Source: Rhizodiscina lignyota
Taxonomy: Eukaryota
Direction of reading: 5' to 3'
DNA length: 64,000 bases
Assembly: GCA_010015805.1 (NCBI GenBank)
Contig: ML978123.1
Location: 2,294,001 to 2,358,000 of the forward strand
Shown here: positions 60,752 through 64,000 of the stretch, in pieces
Layout: the number at the start of each line of letters is the position of its first letter
Numbering within the stretch: the first letter of the stretch is position 1
Position numbers and translations under genes: made by a program
The notes under the pieces: model-generated
Databases searched by the model: none
Told to the model about the DNA's origin: nothing
What the model saw: the letters and a program-made list of their open reading frames with translations, nothing else

Positions 60752-61083
60752 TTTGTCGTCCCTTCAATGAATCATCCTCAGGCGCATATAGAAGAAAACT
60801 TGACGCGTGATGAGCAGGGCCGGACACGAGATGCACACGCCCCTGTGCCCCCAATCAAGTAGCCGTTTTGGGAGCGGCTTAGGTGCAGAACCCCACCAGA
60901 GCTTCGGTACCTTACTTGAAAGTGCGTCATCTGCAACTTGGGAGCTCCCTTGACTGACCGGACGTGATCCTGTATCTGTGAGCTACCTATATCTGGTGAC
61001 AAGGCGCTCGCCTTGTTCTTTGCTCTCTCTTCTGCCGTTCACACCAACTCTCTCCGATAGCATTCCTCACCGTAAGGCCCATC

Positions 61084-63388
61084 ATGTCGAGCGTACAGTA
61101 TGCGCCTTGGACTTCCGACGTCGAGCTAGCATTCTATGCGTCGCTCGCGAATCTCAAAATCAACCATGACATGCTCGACGACTCGGCGCGCAAAGTTCGC
61201 GGGCTGTATGAAGTGCGGCCAAGCGACAAACCGGAGCGCTCGTCGCGCATGCAGATTCACGGAAACGCCTTAACAACGGACGAGTTGAGTATTCTCTTAG
61301 AAGAACTATGAGACGATAGAAGCGGAATGGCTGACTACATGGTCCCGTACAGAGTACCAGCTACTTTCTATCGTGCGGAGGGTATCTTCAAGAACGTCAA
61401 TACTCTCGAAGAATACAAGAACATAGACCGATCAGCTGTTATCGAGCAAGCTGGACGAACGGTAGGTCGTATTGTTCAGTCTAAAATGGTGCAACGCTAA
61501 TAGGTTCAGATATGGGATGCTATTAAAGATGGCACCATATACTCGTGCCCTTCCCTTCTCTCCTCCTTCTCCGCCATCTCGTTCGCCGATCTGAAGAAAT
61601 ATAAGTTTACATATCACTTTGCATACCCTGCAATACACTCCGATCCGCCTTGGAAGAGCGCAACAGATGAACACGGAAAGCTCACATCAAAGGAAACAAC
61701 CGCATTGGTGGATGCTGTACAAACCTGGAGGTATGGAGTTGACACGAGGCAGCATGGTTTCTTCCTTGCCAAAAAGGTTAGGAAAGGGGCTCTTGGTGGA
61801 CCTGCAACTGGTGAAGGCTCGTCTTCACAAGATGCCGAACCACAGAGACCAAAGACACCCCAAACACCATCAATTGAGGAACTTGGGTTTCAGTGGAAAA
61901 TAGCATCGCTCTCGAGCTTTGAAGAAGGCTTTTTCAACGATGTTGAACCTGAAGACCGATTCATCAGCTTTGCCGATCCATCAAACTTTCCGCAAAACCC
62001 TGGGTGGATGCTCCGTAATTTATTAGTCTTAATACGTCAGCGATGGGAATTGGACGACATCCAGGTGCTCTGTTACAGAGACACCCACCTCAAACGGGAC
62101 CAAGCCAATAGCATCATCCTCCATTTGCAGTCAGCAGAAGCTGCACCTACGGAAGAGATGCCCAAGATCACAGGCTGGGAAAGGAATGAGAGCGGAAAGC
62201 TGACCAGTCGGATGGTGGACCTGTCAGAGTATATGGATCCTATGCGCCTCGCAGATCAAGCCGTCGACCTCAATCTTAAGCTCATCAAATGGCGAATAGC
62301 CCCGAGCATCGATCTAGAAGTTATCAAAGACACCAAATGTCTCCTCCTCGGCGCAGGGACTCTCGGAAGTTATGTATCCAGGAATCTCATGGGGTGGGGC
62401 GTGAGAAAGATAACCTTCGTTGACAACGCAAGGGTATCCTTTTCAAATCCTGTTCGTCAGCCGCTATTCGATTTCAAGGATTGCCTCGAGGGCGGTGCCA
62501 AAAAGGCGCAAAGAGCGGCCGATATGCTTGCTGAGATATACCCTGGCGTCGAGGCAGAAGGACATGTCATGTCGGTTCCAATGGCTGGCCATCCGATCAC
62601 GGACGAGGAGAGAGTGAAAAGCGAGTTTGAGCTGCTAAAGAAGTTAATTGATGAACATGATACTATCTTCTTGCTCATGGACACAAGAGAGAGCCGATGG
62701 CTCCCCACCGTCATGGGTAAAGCGGCAGGCAAGATTGTTCTAAATGCAGCATTGGGATTTGATACATTCGTTGTCATGAGACATGGCCTGAAGTCAAGAG
62801 GGCCCGAGGAAGAAGAGATGGGCTGCTATTTCTGCAATGACGTTGTTGCGCCAGCCGATGTAAGTCAATGCTCTTGTAACCAGTGAACCAACGCTGATAC
62901 GTGTGCAGTCACTCAAAGATGCAACACTCGATCAACAATGTACAGTAACACGGCCAGGAATCGCACCCATAGCTTCTGCTCTGCTTGTCGAAATGCTTGT
63001 CAGCATCCTACAGCATCCCCTCCGCGCACATGCACCAGCAACTTCTGGCTCTAATGAGTCGGCAGCATTTGCAATGTCTGACCCGGAGTCTAGTGAATTC
63101 AAGCATCCACTGGGAGCAGTGCCTCATCAAATACGGGGATTCTTGTCATCGTTCTCAAACTTGTCAATAAACGGCAAACCGTACGACTGTTGCAGTGCCT
63201 GCAGTGAGACAATCATTCGAAGATATAATGAGGATGGTTGGGACTTTGTTAAGAGAGCGCTGAACGAGAGAGGATGGGTTGAAGAAATCTCAGGGCTTGC
63301 AGAAGTACAACGAAAAGCTGAAGAAGCAAACGACGACTTGGACTGGGATGAGGAGGAGGCAGAAGAAGGCGAAGGAGAGCTGATATGA
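61084..63388 (+). CDS. ATG7: Autophagy E1-like enzyme Atg7
   Basis: [73 protein letters not shown], catalytic [24 protein letters not shown]; introns 61284-61352, 61462-61509, 62860-62908. Confidence 0.97.
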
Positions 63389-64000
63389 GAAGTATTTGTT
63401 AAACGATAGTCGATGTATTTTGGGCTGTCTGTCCTTATGGTATGTTAGGGAATCGAGTAACGTAAGGGAACTTGATGTGGCTTCGGTAGGGCAGAAAGTG
63501 GCATGCAAGTTATCACCTATTATGGATATTTTGGTGTAAATATGGGGGAAAGGGCATCGATATGAGCATTCGTAGAAACAATACCATACCCCTGAACTCT
63601 GCATACGTGCGGGACGGTCCGTGGACTGACTGGGATGATTTACGAGTTGCTCTCTCGAGATTTCCATGCAGGGAAGCCATACTTAAGATCGGGCATTAAG
63701 GAGATCTTCGATGCAGACACCTCCGGGTATAGAGGTGGTGTGGGTCAGGTTTGTCTGACAAAGTGGCAGTGTGCTCGATGCTGCGTCCTGCAGACGGGTC
63801 ATCCGTGAGTGAGAGGGTCATGCATATGCCCGCTGATGGAGATTCCTGCATTTCTGACATGCATTTAAATCAAAATCTCCGAGGTGTGTAGAGGCAAGTG
63901 CCATGTACCGATGGGTGAAGAGGTTGTGATATTTCGATGTTGCGGAGATGCTTCCTGATCCCCTGCAAGGGGCTCCACTCCACCTCAGCCTTACCAACGT

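Noticed and set aside
61284..61352. Stwintron (nested intron) explanation for the odd atg7 donor
   Set aside because: The 69-nt intron is too short to hold two introns and has only one branch site.
1..64000. tRNA, 5S rRNA or snoRNA genes
   Set aside because: The GTTCGA and ATGATGA hits I noticed lack cloverleaf stems or matching D boxes with terminal stems. A tRNAscan-SE or Infernal run would be needed to exclude them fully.

Overview
Gene-dense, intron-containing DNA from a filamentous ascomycete (Pezizomycotina; Dothideomycete-like by impression only). About 22 protein genes: sterol O-acyltransferase (partial), hexokinase, Mis14/Nsl1, a 150-aa unknown, RasGAP, ER Hsp40 Scj1, a cytochrome P450, a 118-aa membrane protein, NEDD8, the circadian clock gene frq, a DUF6594-like protein, an FAD monooxygenase, Sec18, Mpe1, ornithine decarboxylase antizyme, Rev1, nucleolar FKBP, a yippee protein, an NDR kinase, Hrp1-like RRM protein, Gyp1, dCMP deaminase and Atg7. 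The most interesting signals are non-coding or recoding. (1) The antizyme gene needs a +1 ribosomal frameshift at UCC-UGA, with an intron 10 nt downstream that brings two RNA stems close to the shift site. (2) The region upstream of frq holds an exact CGATCCGCT White-Collar-type motif cluster and a 297-bp TA-flanked MITE with 56-bp TIRs between that cluster and the gene. (3) A 10-nt microexon in gyp1 decides which of two start codons is in frame. (4) The Hrp1-like gene has a 1.26-kb intron with competing hairpins near its donor. (5) There are two GC-AG introns, an ATG-only first coding exon and a second small repeat-like insertion. No tRNA, rRNA or CRISPR array was recognised. All exon models were spliced by hand and family calls come from recalled motifs, not database searches.
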